A stretch of DNA of 64,000 bases from Cyanobacteria bacterium P01_D01_bin.156 (GCA_039024555.1 JBCCQQ010000025.1:1-64000), one strand, 5' to 3'. Shown: positions 10,346 through 19,679, counted from the first letter of the stretch. Made by a program: numbers and translations. The notes: a model not told the origin generated them from the sequence alone.

Positions 10346-11146
10346 ATGGCTCATACTCCATTGGTGGCCTTAACCATCGCTGGATCCGACAGCGGTGGCG
10401 GGGCAGGTATCCAAGCTGATTTGCGCACGTTTGCGTTTCATCGAGTACATGGGACTAGTGCCCTTACCTGTATTACGGCTCAAAATACCCAAGGCGTATC
10501 CCGTGTGGATGCCCTTAAGCCCGAAGCGGTGGTGGCACAAATCCAGGCAGTGGTTGATGACATTGGTGTGCAGGCCCTTAAAACAGGCATGCTGCTGAAT
10601 CAGCCCATTATTGAAGCGGTGGCCTCCTGTCTTAAGGATTTAAGCGATGTCAGCTGTGTTATCGATCCGGTAATGGTGTCTCGCACAGGGGCACAGCTGA
10701 TTGATGATGATGCCATTGCCAAGCTCCGTCAGCAGTTGATGCCCTTAGCAACAGTGCTCACCCCCAACCGCTACGAAGCAGAAATTCTCAGCGGGCAGTC
10801 TATCCAAACCCTCGCAGATATGGAAAGCGCTGCGCAAACCATCCATGGATTAGGCCCTAAAGCCGTCATTATCAAAGGGGGCGGTTTTGAAGATGCTCTG
10901 CGGGGCGTTGATATGTGGTACGACGGCACTGAGTTGGTCAAGCTCGTCACCACTTGTGTAGATACCAATGATACCCACGGCACAGGGTGTACCTTATCTG
11001 CTGCGATCGCAGCTAATATGGCCCTTGGCCACAGCCCATTAGACGCCACCAGACGAGCAAAAGACTACGTCACCAATGCCCTAACTCACTCACTGCGTAT
11101 TGGCCAAGGTCAAGGACCTATCGGACATTTTTATTCGTTACTCTAG
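10346..11146 (+). CDS. thiD: Hydroxymethylpyrimidine/phosphomethylpyrimidine kinase
   Basis: LTIAGSDSGGGAGIQADL, KTGML, DPVMV, THGTGCTLSAAI. Confidence 0.96.
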   Translation: MAHTPLVALTIAGSDSGGGAGIQADLRTFAFHRVHGTSALTCITAQNTQGVSRVDALKPEAVVAQIQAVVDDIGVQALKTGMLLNQPIIEAVASCLKDLSDVSCVIDPVMVSRTGAQLIDDDAIAKLRQQLMPLATVLTPNRYEAEILSGQSIQTLADMESAAQTIHGLGPKAVIIKGGGFEDALRGVDMWYDGTELVKLVTTCVDTNDTHGTGCTLSAAIAANMALGHSPLDATRRAKDYVTNALTHSLRIGQGQGPIGHFYSLL

Positions 11147-11158
11147 TAGCCACCTACC

Positions 11159-11614
11159 TTAAGAATCTGTCGGATTTGGCCAAACACTATCCCAGTCCGG
11201 GCATTCATCATACTCTTCCGGACCGCTAGGATGCAGGGCACACACTAGCATTTCACCACCGTAGCTTTCACCGTGGTAGTAGGAGCAGCCAGCACACTTG
11301 GGATGGTTTTGTAGCCAGGGGGTGAGCGTTTGGTGAATAGGAGCCATGGTTTGCTCACACCAGCTCACAGCTGAACCCACCAGCGGATCAATTTGAGCCT
11401 CCAGCTCATTCATCGCTTGAGAAATTGGGGGAGCCACATTATCCATAACCTGATCAGCTAGATCATCTGCCAATTCATCAGCGGCATCTAGTATAGGTGT
11501 CACCGCTGCCGCTGCTTGATCGGCCAGTTCATCCAGAAATTGCTCAGTTTGATCCAGTGTGGTTTGAATAGCCGTTTGTAGATCTTGCTGAATTTGCTTT
11601 AGCCAATCATCCAT
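11159..11614 (-). CDS. Hypothetical protein with C-terminal Cys/His cluster
   Basis: Helical acidic N-terminus; CAGCSYYHG...LVCALHP...CPDW; overlaps the upstream stop by 1 nt. Confidence 0.75.
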   Translation of the reverse strand: MDDWLKQIQQDLQTAIQTTLDQTEQFLDELADQAAAAVTPILDAADELADDLADQVMDNVAPPISQAMNELEAQIDPLVGSAVSWCEQTMAPIHQTLTPWLQNHPKCAGCSYYHGESYGGEMLVCALHPSGPEEYDECPDWDSVWPNPTDS

Positions 11615-11982
11615 TACGCGTCCTCTTCATCCTTTAATCGCTGCAGTTCGGCCTGTAAATCTTCAATTTCCTTACGCAGAGCATCGGTCGCTGAACGCTG
11701 TTCAGGCTCATCCTCTTCAATAATTTCAATAGTGCGAGGCGTCATATCTGCAGAAGTCGCGTTTTCCGCAGGAGCAGCACTCTGCGCTCGCGCCACCATG
11801 TCATTCACCATGGTTTGTGCTTCTTCAGCAGTAATTTCGCCGCGCTCTACCAGCTCTTGCACCAGTTTTTGTGCCTGTTGGCGTAGGTCACTAAATCCGT
11901 CCCCTGCTTTTTCTGAGGCATAGGACGCCAGACCCACACCTAAATAAAATGCCTTTTGGACTAACTGACCAAAGTCTGCCAC
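11614..11982 (-). CDS. Phasin-like / PHA-granule-associated family protein
   Basis: QKAFYLGVGLAS, ELVERGEITAEEA, C-terminal coiled coil. Confidence 0.75.
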   Translation of the reverse strand: MADFGQLVQKAFYLGVGLASYASEKAGDGFSDLRQQAQKLVQELVERGEITAEEAQTMVNDMVARAQSAAPAENATSADMTPRTIEIIEEDEPEQRSATDALRKEIEDLQAELQRLKDEEDA

Positions 11983-12180
11983 GGCCTATACTCCTCTAAC
12001 ACAGCTAAATAATTCTAGATGGATTAGTGGTACCCAAAACTGAGTACCAGCCATCTCTCACATTATCGTTGTAACAAGGGATTTTAATCGTGTGTAGCGG
12101 GTTGACCTATCGGATTGCCGTACCTGAAATGAAAACCAAGGCAATTCCGTTAGAGCGGTTACCCACTTTAAAACAGAGGA

Positions 12181-12274
12181 GACCCGGAGACTACGCCTAT
12201 CCCAAGCATCCCGTATTGCTGCTACCTTCCGGTCCTGACAAGATTTGGGCGTTGAAATCGCATAGATCCGAGTC
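12181..12274 (-). ncRNA. ffs: Signal recognition particle RNA (4.5S)
   Basis: The minus strand carries the SRP helix-8 core UGUCAGGACCGGAAGGUAGCAGCA. The 5' GACUCGGA-UCUAUGC pairs with the 3' GCGUAGUCUCCGGGUC. A TATGCT -10-like box lies 7 nt upstream (12282-12287). Confidence 0.93.
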
Positions 12275-12452
12275 AGCATTCAGCATAACATCGTTTTTCA
12301 CCTTCGTCCCTAATGATTTTATTTGTCAGATCCAAATAGGCCACCATCTTGTTCGATAGACTCATCCGCTCAATCAGCAATGGCTTGACGCTGACTAAAA
12401 GCCATATCAGAGCAGATTCACATCTGCTACTTAGGATAGTCATCCGGCGCAT

Positions 12453-12556
12453 GGAATCAGGATTTAATAATGTCCATAATTTTGCTTGAAGCAAAGTGAG
12501 CCGTTCTATTCTGTCCGGGGAGGGGATAAATCGGTACATTATTAAATTGCCGATTC
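12453..12556 (+). mobile_element. ~104-bp MITE-like element, copy 1 (ISAzo13-like ends)
   Basis: GGAATCAGGATTTAATAA...TTATTAAATTGCCGATTC terminal inverted repeats; near-identical reverse complement of 17859-17963; no ORF. Confidence 0.8.
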
Positions 12557-12582
12557 ATACAGCCGCATTTCATAGCTCAAGT

Positions 12583-14112
12583 TCACTGCATGCGGTCAAT
12601 AGTTCGATACTGAATTGCCTCAGCAATATGATTAGATTCCAAGTTTTCCATCGCCGCCAAATCTGCAATAGTGCGAGCAACCTTTAAGATCCGGTCTGTT
12701 GCTCGGGCAGATAACCCTAACTTACGCACCGCCATTTCTAGTAAGCCACGCGATGGTTCATCTAGCTGACACCACTGGCGTAGGTGGCGACTGTCTAAAT
12801 CGGCATTGCACTGTAGCTTAGGTTCGTTAGTAAATCGAGCTTGAGCCCGCTGGCGGGCTGCTTCCACACGCTGACGTACTTCTGCTGAAGGCTCTCCAGG
12901 GGTGTGTTCGGTAATTTCTTCCGGCTTTAGTCGGCTGACCACCACCTGTAGATCAATACGATCCATCAGGGGGCCAGAAAGCTTGGCCCAGTACATTTCG
13001 CGCGACCTGGGTGTACAGGTACAGGGCTGCACCGTATCGCCAAAAAAGCCACAGGGGCAAGGGTTAGTACTAGCCACCAGCGTAAACTGAGCGGGAAATT
13101 CTACCGACTGGCGTGTTCTGGCAATACTCACGTAGCCATCTTCCAAAGGCTGTCGTAAGAATTCCAGTACTTTGCGATTAAATTCTGTGAGTTCATCTAA
13201 AAACAGAATGCCGCGATGAGCTAGGGAAATTTCACCAGGCTTAGGAAAGGTGCCGCCACCTACTAAGGATGGACCTGAAGCTGAATGGTGGGGACTCCGA
13301 AATGGACGCTGGGTCACCAATGAGCCTTTTTCTTTAAGTAACCCAGCGACGGAATGAATTTGGGTGACTTCCAACGCTTCTTGAAAATTGAGTGGGGGCA
13401 GAATAGTGGCAAGTCTGCGGGCCAACATAGTCTTTCCACTACCTGGTGGTCCAACGAACACAAGATTATGGCCGCCCGCCGCTGCAATTTCTAAAGCTCG
13501 TCGGGCTTGGACCTGTCCTTTTACGTCCTTTAGGTCTACGGCGTGGGGTTGGGCACTGGCTAGGGCTTGACGTCCATCAATGGTGAGGGGTTGTTGCTCG
13601 CCAGGATTGTTGAGGAACTCTACTACATCGGTAATGTTCTCAAAGCCGTAGACAGAGAGATTAGGTACTACAGCAGCTTCTTGGGCATTATCCTTTGGCA
13701 CAATCAGGCCATCGACGCCTAACTGTTGTGCCGCTGCTGCCATGGCCATAACGCCTGCTACGGGGCGAAGGCTGCCATCAAGGGAGAGTTCGCCTAATAT
13801 CAAATACTTGTTTAGTCGGTCTTGGCTTACTAGGTCAGCGGCGGCCAGAATACCGATGGCGATGGGTAAGTCGTAGATGGGGCCTTCTTTGCGTACGTCT
13901 GCTGGCGTTAGATTTACGACCACCTTACGCATGGGGAAGGGAAACCCTGCGTTTTTGAGTGCTGCTTTGACACGTTCGCGGGATTCTTGGACTGCGGTGT
14001 CGGGTAGGCCAACGACGACTACGCTAGGTAAACCTCCCGATAGGTCAACTTCCACACCGACTTTTAGGGCATCAATACCAATTAAGGATGCACTCCAGAT
14101 TCTTGCCAGCAT
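12583..14112 (-). CDS. comM: YifB/ComM family Mg-chelatase-like AAA+ ATPase
   Basis: VVGLPDTAVQESRERVK, GPPGSGKTMLA, RPFRSPHHSAS, LFLDEL, NPCPCG, SGPLMDRIDL. Confidence 0.93.
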   Translation of the reverse strand: MLARIWSASLIGIDALKVGVEVDLSGGLPSVVVVGLPDTAVQESRERVKAALKNAGFPFPMRKVVVNLTPADVRKEGPIYDLPIAIGILAAADLVSQDRLNKYLILGELSLDGSLRPVAGVMAMAAAAQQLGVDGLIVPKDNAQEAAVVPNLSVYGFENITDVVEFLNNPGEQQPLTIDGRQALASAQPHAVDLKDVKGQVQARRALEIAAAGGHNLVFVGPPGSGKTMLARRLATILPPLNFQEALEVTQIHSVAGLLKEKGSLVTQRPFRSPHHSASGPSLVGGGTFPKPGEISLAHRGILFLDELTEFNRKVLEFLRQPLEDGYVSIARTRQSVEFPAQFTLVASTNPCPCGFFGDTVQPCTCTPRSREMYWAKLSGPLMDRIDLQVVVSRLKPEEITEHTPGEPSAEVRQRVEAARQRAQARFTNEPKLQCNADLDSRHLRQWCQLDEPSRGLLEMAVRKLGLSARATDRILKVARTIADLAAMENLESNHIAEAIQYRTIDRMQ

Positions 14113-14281
14113 TGTAGGCTCCTACTTGTTTATGTAGGGTTCCCAGTAAGTACGCATCATTCAATCAGCTTTGACGTAAGAGGATATTTGGAAAACGAGC
14201 ACCACGTTACGTAACCATATCCACTAAAAAATGAGAGGTGCTTGGCGTACATTGCTAGTGTGATATTCCTGATCCCTAGCT

Positions 14282-16051
14282 GTGGCTAAGTCTTCCTTTC
14301 GTCAAGTCCTGATCTTAAATCTCACGGCAGGTATCGGTATCACCCTATCGGTAATTGCCAGCCTGTCTGTCCACCGTTGGGAAGTGTCTCAGCAGCGTAA
14401 CCAGTTTCAGCAACAGCTGGAGAATTTGACGATTGCACTGCAGCGCAGCCTGAACAGATATACCGATGTCCTGACGTTTCTCAATGATCACTATGGTGTG
14501 AGCCAGGGGCAGGTGCAGCAGCAGTCTTTCGATACGTTTGTGGCGCGATCGCTAAAAGAATATCCGGGGATTCAAGCATTAGAGTGGGCACCGCTCGTCA
14601 CATTAGCGGAACGTCCTCTTTATGAAAAGACAATTCAAGACAACGGGTTTCCGACTTTTGAGATTACCGAGCTGGGTGCAGAAGACCGCTTAGTCACTGC
14701 AAGCGAGCGAGACTATTACCTGCCAGTCACCTATCTTGCACCGATGGCTGGCAACGAAGAAGCCCTGGGGTTTGATCTAAATTCCAGCGTGGCCAGGGCC
14801 GCCGCGATTGAACCAGCGATAGCCACGGGAGAAATTCATGCTACAGGTCGTATTCGCTTGGTGCAAGAACAGCAGAACCAGTATGGATTTTTGGTGATTT
14901 TACCGCTCTATCAAACCGGTGCTATACCAACATCACAGTTATCACGGCAGGATCGGTTTAGTGGGATTTTGCTGGGGGTCTTCCAGGTTTCAGATGTGGT
15001 GGAAGAAGCTCTCCAAGGGTTAAGTTCTGATATTGATTTTGATTTGTACGACCAGAATGCGGAAGCATCCGAGCAGTTTCTAGGGCGATACGATGCTGGG
15101 AATCGCAGCGTGGGGGTGGTCGAGAACAATCGACCGGAGGAACAGAGTCGTCGGTCGCTGTTTTTGTGCCCCACATCGGCAGACTGTACTCGCACCATCG
15201 AGATTGGACAGCGGCAGTGGCTGGTTGCGTTCTTCCCGGCGGAGACTTATCTCCTCAACCGTCTCTATGCCACTTGGGCAACGCTGTTGACAGGTCTTTT
15301 GTTGACGGTATGTTTGGCGCTATTCTTGCGTAACCTACAAACTGAGCTTAACCGCACGATCACTCTCAGTGATCTAAAGCTGCGATTTTTCTCAATGGCT
15401 TCCCACGAACTGCGAACGCCCCTCAGCACCATTTTGCTCTCGACAGAGTCGCTACAGGTTAACTACACCCACCTGTCAGAAGATCAAAAGCGGCATAACC
15501 TTGAGCGCATTCATGCGACCGCTGAGCAAATGAACCAGCAGATTACGGACCTTCTCACCCTGACTCGGGCTGAAGCGGGCAAGCTGGAGTTTGCGCCTGA
15601 GCTACTAAATGTTAGGTCTTTTTGTCGGGAAGTTGTGGATGAGATTTGCTTAGGCCTAAGTCAGCTGGTTGAGCTGACCGGTGCGTTTGCAGATAATGCC
15701 CTAACCGCTAAGGCTTTTTGGGATAAGAAATTAGTGCGATCGCTCCTGAGTAATCTGCTCTCCAATGCGGCAAAATATTCTCCACCTACCAGTCTGATTA
15801 CCCTCAGTCTGCAGTGCGATGCTCACAGGGCAGTACTCCAGGTTTGCGATCGCGGTATCGGTATTCCCGCCGCCGACCGGGCACACGTTCAGGAAACATT
15901 CCACCGGGGCAGCAACGTAGGCGAGGTGACCGGCACCGGTCTGGGATTAGCCATCGTCAAGATTTGCGTAGACCTGCATAGAGGCCACTGGCACATCGAC
16001 AGCACAGAAGAGGAGGGCACTGTGGTTACAGTTACCCTCCCCCTCGAATAA
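14282..16051 (+). CDS. CHASE-domain sensor histidine kinase
   Basis: TM-CHASE (ALEWAP, YLPVTYLAP..GNEEALGFDL)-TM; ASHELRTPLS H-box; NLLSNAAKYS, DRGIGIP, GTGLGLAIV. Confidence 0.92.
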   Translation: MAKSSFRQVLILNLTAGIGITLSVIASLSVHRWEVSQQRNQFQQQLENLTIALQRSLNRYTDVLTFLNDHYGVSQGQVQQQSFDTFVARSLKEYPGIQALEWAPLVTLAERPLYEKTIQDNGFPTFEITELGAEDRLVTASERDYYLPVTYLAPMAGNEEALGFDLNSSVARAAAIEPAIATGEIHATGRIRLVQEQQNQYGFLVILPLYQTGAIPTSQLSRQDRFSGILLGVFQVSDVVEEALQGLSSDIDFDLYDQNAEASEQFLGRYDAGNRSVGVVENNRPEEQSRRSLFLCPTSADCTRTIEIGQRQWLVAFFPAETYLLNRLYATWATLLTGLLLTVCLALFLRNLQTELNRTITLSDLKLRFFSMASHELRTPLSTILLSTESLQVNYTHLSEDQKRHNLERIHATAEQMNQQITDLLTLTRAEAGKLEFAPELLNVRSFCREVVDEICLGLSQLVELTGAFADNALTAKAFWDKKLVRSLLSNLLSNAAKYSPPTSLITLSLQCDAHRAVLQVCDRGIGIPAADRAHVQETFHRGSNVGEVTGTGLGLAIVKICVDLHRGHWHIDSTEEEGTVVTVTLPLE

Positions 16052-16085
16052 ACCACCTTCTTAGTGAAATGGGCGGTGGACCCGA

Positions 16086-17507
16086 TTATTCACGCGCGCC
16101 AGGCACAATCATATTCAGCACCAGCGCGGCGATGCCGCCGGTCGCAATCCCCGACGAAAAGACACTGCGTATAAGATACGGCGTATTCTCCAAAACCTCT
16201 GGCACAAACGTGACGCCCATGCCCAACCCCAGGGATACTACCAAAATTAAAGTGTTGCGCCGACTTAAATTGACCGTATGCAAAATCTTAATTCCAGCGG
16301 CAACAACAGAGCTAAACATTAGCAGCGTAGCTCCACCTAAAACAGGCTGAGGCATGGCTTGAAACAGTCCACCCACAATGGGGAATACCCCCAAGAGAAA
16401 GAGAAAACCTGCAATAAAGTAACCGACATAGCGACTACCCACGCCCGTAAGCTGAATCACACCGTTGTTTTGGCTAAATGTAGTATTAGGAAAAGTGTTG
16501 AAACAGGCCGCGATTAAGGAATTGACACCATCGCCTAAAATGCCTCCCTTCACACGGTTGAGATAGATTTTTCCTTCAATCGGTTCGCCCACCAGCATAG
16601 ACGTTGCTGTCAGGTCGCCGATGGATTCGATCGTGGTGATTACATATAGAAACGCCAGGGGAATAAATCCAGCAAAGCCAAAGTCAAATCCATATCGGAA
16701 GGGTATGGGCAGGGTGACGTAGGAGAGCTGGCTCAGGCCGCTGAAGTTTAACATGCCTAACGGCCAGGCGATGAGATAGCCCACCGCTAAACCAATCAGA
16801 ATCGCCGACATGCGCAGAAAGGCACTGCGGGTGCAGTTGAGGATGACGATGACGGTTAAAACGATTAGGGAAACCATCAGGTTTTGCGGGGTAGCAAACG
16901 TGCCTGCTGCGATCGCAGCCGCACCACCCCCCATCGCCGTAATCGCCACCTTAATTAATACCAGCCCAATCAGCACAACCACGATACCACTCACCAAAGG
17001 TGTAATGACCTTTTTCAACGGCTCCACAAAAAAGCTCAGAATAATTTCAACAAAGGCTCCTAGCATACAAATCGTCAGCAAATAGGCCAGCGTTTGGGAA
17101 GGACTGCGCCCCCCTTCTACAGCCGCAGTCCCCACGGTGACCAGCGTACCGACAAAAGCAAAACTCGTCCCCTGAATACTTAATAGTCCCGAACCAACAG
17201 GCCCTACCCGATGCACCTGAATAAACGTCGCAATCCCTGAAACAAACAGCGACATGCTAATCAAAAAACTGGTATCAGCTGCGTCCAAACCGATCGCACC
17301 ACCCACCACAATAGCCGGAGCAATAATATTTACAAACGCCGCCAGTACATGTTGTAAAGCGGCTGCCAGAGTTTCTTGTAAAGGTGGTTTGGCATGCAAA
17401 CCATAGATCATATCGACCCCTGGAGTCTCTTTGGTATCTGACGGAACCTCAAACAATTCAGGATTGTCAGCAGGCGTTGCAAATTTCAACGAATCACGAT
17501 CAGTCAT
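16086..17507 (-). CDS. Nucleobase:cation symporter-2 (xanthine/uracil permease, XanP/XanQ-like)
   Basis: ALQH, QGTSFAF, ESIGD, NAT signature FSQNNGVIQLTG, PQPVLGGA. Confidence 0.93.
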   Translation of the reverse strand: MTDRDSLKFATPADNPELFEVPSDTKETPGVDMIYGLHAKPPLQETLAAALQHVLAAFVNIIAPAIVVGGAIGLDAADTSFLISMSLFVSGIATFIQVHRVGPVGSGLLSIQGTSFAFVGTLVTVGTAAVEGGRSPSQTLAYLLTICMLGAFVEIILSFFVEPLKKVITPLVSGIVVVLIGLVLIKVAITAMGGGAAAIAAGTFATPQNLMVSLIVLTVIVILNCTRSAFLRMSAILIGLAVGYLIAWPLGMLNFSGLSQLSYVTLPIPFRYGFDFGFAGFIPLAFLYVITTIESIGDLTATSMLVGEPIEGKIYLNRVKGGILGDGVNSLIAACFNTFPNTTFSQNNGVIQLTGVGSRYVGYFIAGFLFLLGVFPIVGGLFQAMPQPVLGGATLLMFSSVVAAGIKILHTVNLSRRNTLILVVSLGLGMGVTFVPEVLENTPYLIRSVFSSGIATGGIAALVLNMIVPGARE

Positions 17508-17532
17508 TCAGATATCCCTCATCTCAACAAAC

Positions 17533-17619
17533 TGAAACTGAGTCGTAGTACATCAACTATCAGCCGCTGCCGCTGAGCGGCTCAGCTGAGTTTCCTACAA
17601 TCTGCAAGACTCAGTTTCA
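17533..17619 (-). promoter_or_regulatory. Long structured 5' leader of the NCS2 permease (candidate cis-regulatory RNA)
   Basis: 12-bp perfect closing stem TGAAACTGAGTC/GACTCAGTTTCA with nested GTAG/CTAC, TCAGCT/AGTTGA and AGCCGCT/AGCGGCT helices; ends ~12 nt before the GAGGGA RBS. Confidence 0.5.
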
Positions 17620-17753
17620 TCGGTGCTTTGAGCCTTAAGGTACAGAGAAGAGGTATAAAATTTGGGGATAGATTTGTGGAGAAATCGAGGAGATTATGAG
17701 TGTCTCCTTACATATTTTTTAGGTGTTTTCTCGAAAAGACTATACCGGTTGAA

Positions 17754-17820
17754 GGCCCCCTTAGCCCCCAATCCTGAAGGGTACAAGACTCAACCCCCCC
17801 AGGTTTGAGGGTTTGGGGGC
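17754..17820. repeat. Cyanobacterial C-/G-run dispersed palindromic repeat (degenerate)
   Basis: GCCCCCTTAGCCCCCAATCC...CCCCCCCAGGTTTGAGGGTTTGGGGGC resembles the CCCCC...GGGGG short dispersed repeats of filamentous cyanobacteria. Confidence 0.55.
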
Positions 17821-17858
17821 CTGAATAATTGGTAGCTTCTTTACCAGAAATGTTCTTA

Positions 17859-17963
17859 GGATCGGCAATTTAATACTGTACCGATTTAATCCCCTCTGGG
17901 GAGGGGATAGAATAGCTCACTTTGCTTCAAGCAAAATTATGGACGTTATTAAATCCTGATTCC
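17859..17963 (-). mobile_element. 105-bp MITE-like element, copy 2, with TTA target duplication
   Basis: TTA|GGATCGGCAATTTAATA...TTATTAAATCCTGATTCC|TTA; reverse complement of copy 1. Confidence 0.82.
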
Positions 17964-17997
17964 TTAAGCGATCATATTTCTGACGAGCACTACCCAA

Positions 17998-18669
17998 CTA
18001 ACCTTTTAGGCGATAGCCCACACCATGTACGGTCTCGATCATCTGCCTAGGAGCACCAGCAGTTTTGAGCTTAGCCCGTAAATTCTTGATATAACTCTTA
18101 ATCGTGTCCGGTTCAGGGGCTTCTTGCATCGGCCAAGCTTGTTCGATCAGGGCCGCTCGACTCAAAACTCGTCTGCCGTAGCGCAAAAGCGCTTCCATCA
18201 AAGCAAACTCTTTAGGCGTTAGATGAATGGGCGAGCGTCCGTAACTCACCTCATAGGTTTCAAGATTCAGCTGCAATTCCCCCCAGGTTAAAACCGATGT
18301 AATGCTTGCCTGCCCGCGACGTAGCAAAGCCCGAATCTGCGCCAGCAGCTCTTGCAGATTGAACGGTTTCACCATGTAAGCATCAGCCCCCGAATCCAGA
18401 CCCACAATTTTATCTAGACTGGTATCGCGAGCAGTTAACATCAACACTGGCAGCCCATAGCCATGATTCCGTAACCGCTGACATAGCTTGATGCCATCCA
18501 ACTTAGGCAACGTTACATCTAACAAAATAAGGTCATAGGAAAAGGCACACGCCCGCTCCCAAGCCGCTGCTCCATCCCTGACCGAGTCCACCGTATACCG
18601 TTGGGCAGTGAGCGCCTCTGTCAAAGATGCCGACAATCGAACATCATCCTCAGCTAGCAAAATTTGCAT
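17998..18669 (-). CDS. OmpR-family DNA-binding response regulator
   Basis: ILLAEDD, LILLDVTLPKLDG, LDSGADAYMVKPF, LTPKEF, IETVHGVGYRL. Confidence 0.95.
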   Translation of the reverse strand: MQILLAEDDVRLSASLTEALTAQRYTVDSVRDGAAAWERACAFSYDLILLDVTLPKLDGIKLCQRLRNHGYGLPVLMLTARDTSLDKIVGLDSGADAYMVKPFNLQELLAQIRALLRRGQASITSVLTWGELQLNLETYEVSYGRSPIHLTPKEFALMEALLRYGRRVLSRAALIEQAWPMQEAPEPDTIKSYIKNLRAKLKTAGAPRQMIETVHGVGYRLKG

Positions 18670-18845
18670 CCCTGTCCTCCATCAACAGTGGCACCTGAGA
18701 GTGACATGCTGAGTAATTAAGATAAAGATCACATCCCTGGCCATGGAAGTATGGTATTCGCTTATTAGGCCAGTACACACATAGGGCCTGTCTACTGCAG
18801 TCCCCCAACAGCAACATTCCTTGAAAAGAATCGCTTTTAAAAACC

Positions 18846-19193
18846 ATGTTAACGACTTCAAACTCTTCTAAAGTTGCTATCACGATTTATGAAAAGCAGT
18901 TAGCAGATGAGCACATGAAGGATGTGGAACTGCTAATAGAAAATATGTTTCAGCGGGAAGAGGCGACACTGCAGCTGGTGTTGGACCGCCTCTACGATAT
19001 TGGGTCCAATAACTTGATCAACTGCCGAGTAAAGCCTCGTAAACTCAATCGTTTAATGAAATGGATTGCTCGGCTCACTAAACCCATGTTCCATTACATG
19101 GCGGTACGCTGGTCAAAGAAAAACTGCCCTAAGCTGATTGCAGATTGGCTGTATAGTCAGGTGCAGTTTCCAAAACCACCTATGGGAAATTAG
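18846..19193 (+). CDS. Conserved cyanobacterial hypothetical protein
   Basis: Clean 115-aa ORF with REEAT..LVLDRLYDIGS.NLIN and W.KKNCP.LI.DWL. Confidence 0.7.
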   Translation: MLTTSNSSKVAITIYEKQLADEHMKDVELLIENMFQREEATLQLVLDRLYDIGSNNLINCRVKPRKLNRLMKWIARLTKPMFHYMAVRWSKKNCPKLIADWLYSQVQFPKPPMGN

Positions 19194-19220
19194 GAATTTT
19201 GAAGTCGGAAGTACTCTGAA

Positions 19221-19250
19221 TTCCGAACTCCGCATTCCGAACTCCAAACT
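19221..19250 (+). repeat. Heptamer-type short tandem repeat (TCCGAAC/TCCGCAT, STRR-like)
   Basis: TTCCGAACTCCGCATTCCGAACTCCAAACT; a related copy is at ~36333-36368. Confidence 0.65.
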
Positions 19251-19334
19251 CTACAACCGAATTCATAGAAATTCTTAGCCTATTCACCCTCATCTGCACC
19301 CTACAATGCAGAGCGTTGCAACCCTCAACGCGCC

Positions 19335-19679
19335 ATGAGTGAAGACACTATTTTTGGCAAAATCATTCGCAAAGAAATTCCGGCAGACATCGTTCATGAA
19401 GACGAACTATGTTTAGCTTTTCGCGATATTAATGCCCAGGCACCCACACATATATTGGTAATTCCCAAAAAAGCGATTCCCAGACTGGTTGATACAGTCC
19501 CGGAAGATAAAGAACTGCTAGGCCATATGTTACTGACTGTAAACAAAATAGCTCAGAAGGAAGGCCTAAAAAATGGCTATCGAGTGGTGATCAACACCGA
19601 TGAAGATGGAGGTCAAACTGTCTTCCACCTTCACATGCACCTGCTTGGCGGTCGTTCCCTTTCTTGGCCACCAGGCTAG
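19335..19679 (+). CDS. Histidine triad (HIT) nucleotide-binding protein
   Basis: TIFGKIIRKEIPA, AFRDINAQAPTHILVIPK, QTVFHLHMHLLGGR. Confidence 0.95.
   Translation: MSEDTIFGKIIRKEIPADIVHEDELCLAFRDINAQAPTHILVIPKKAIPRLVDTVPEDKELLGHMLLTVNKIAQKEGLKNGYRVVINTDEDGGQTVFHLHMHLLGGRSLSWPPG

Noticed and set aside
12058..12687. Short ORFs 12058..12279, 12090..12359, 12273..12539 and 12496..12687
   Set aside because: They overlap the SRP RNA, the MITE or the comM 3' end and show no protein motifs.
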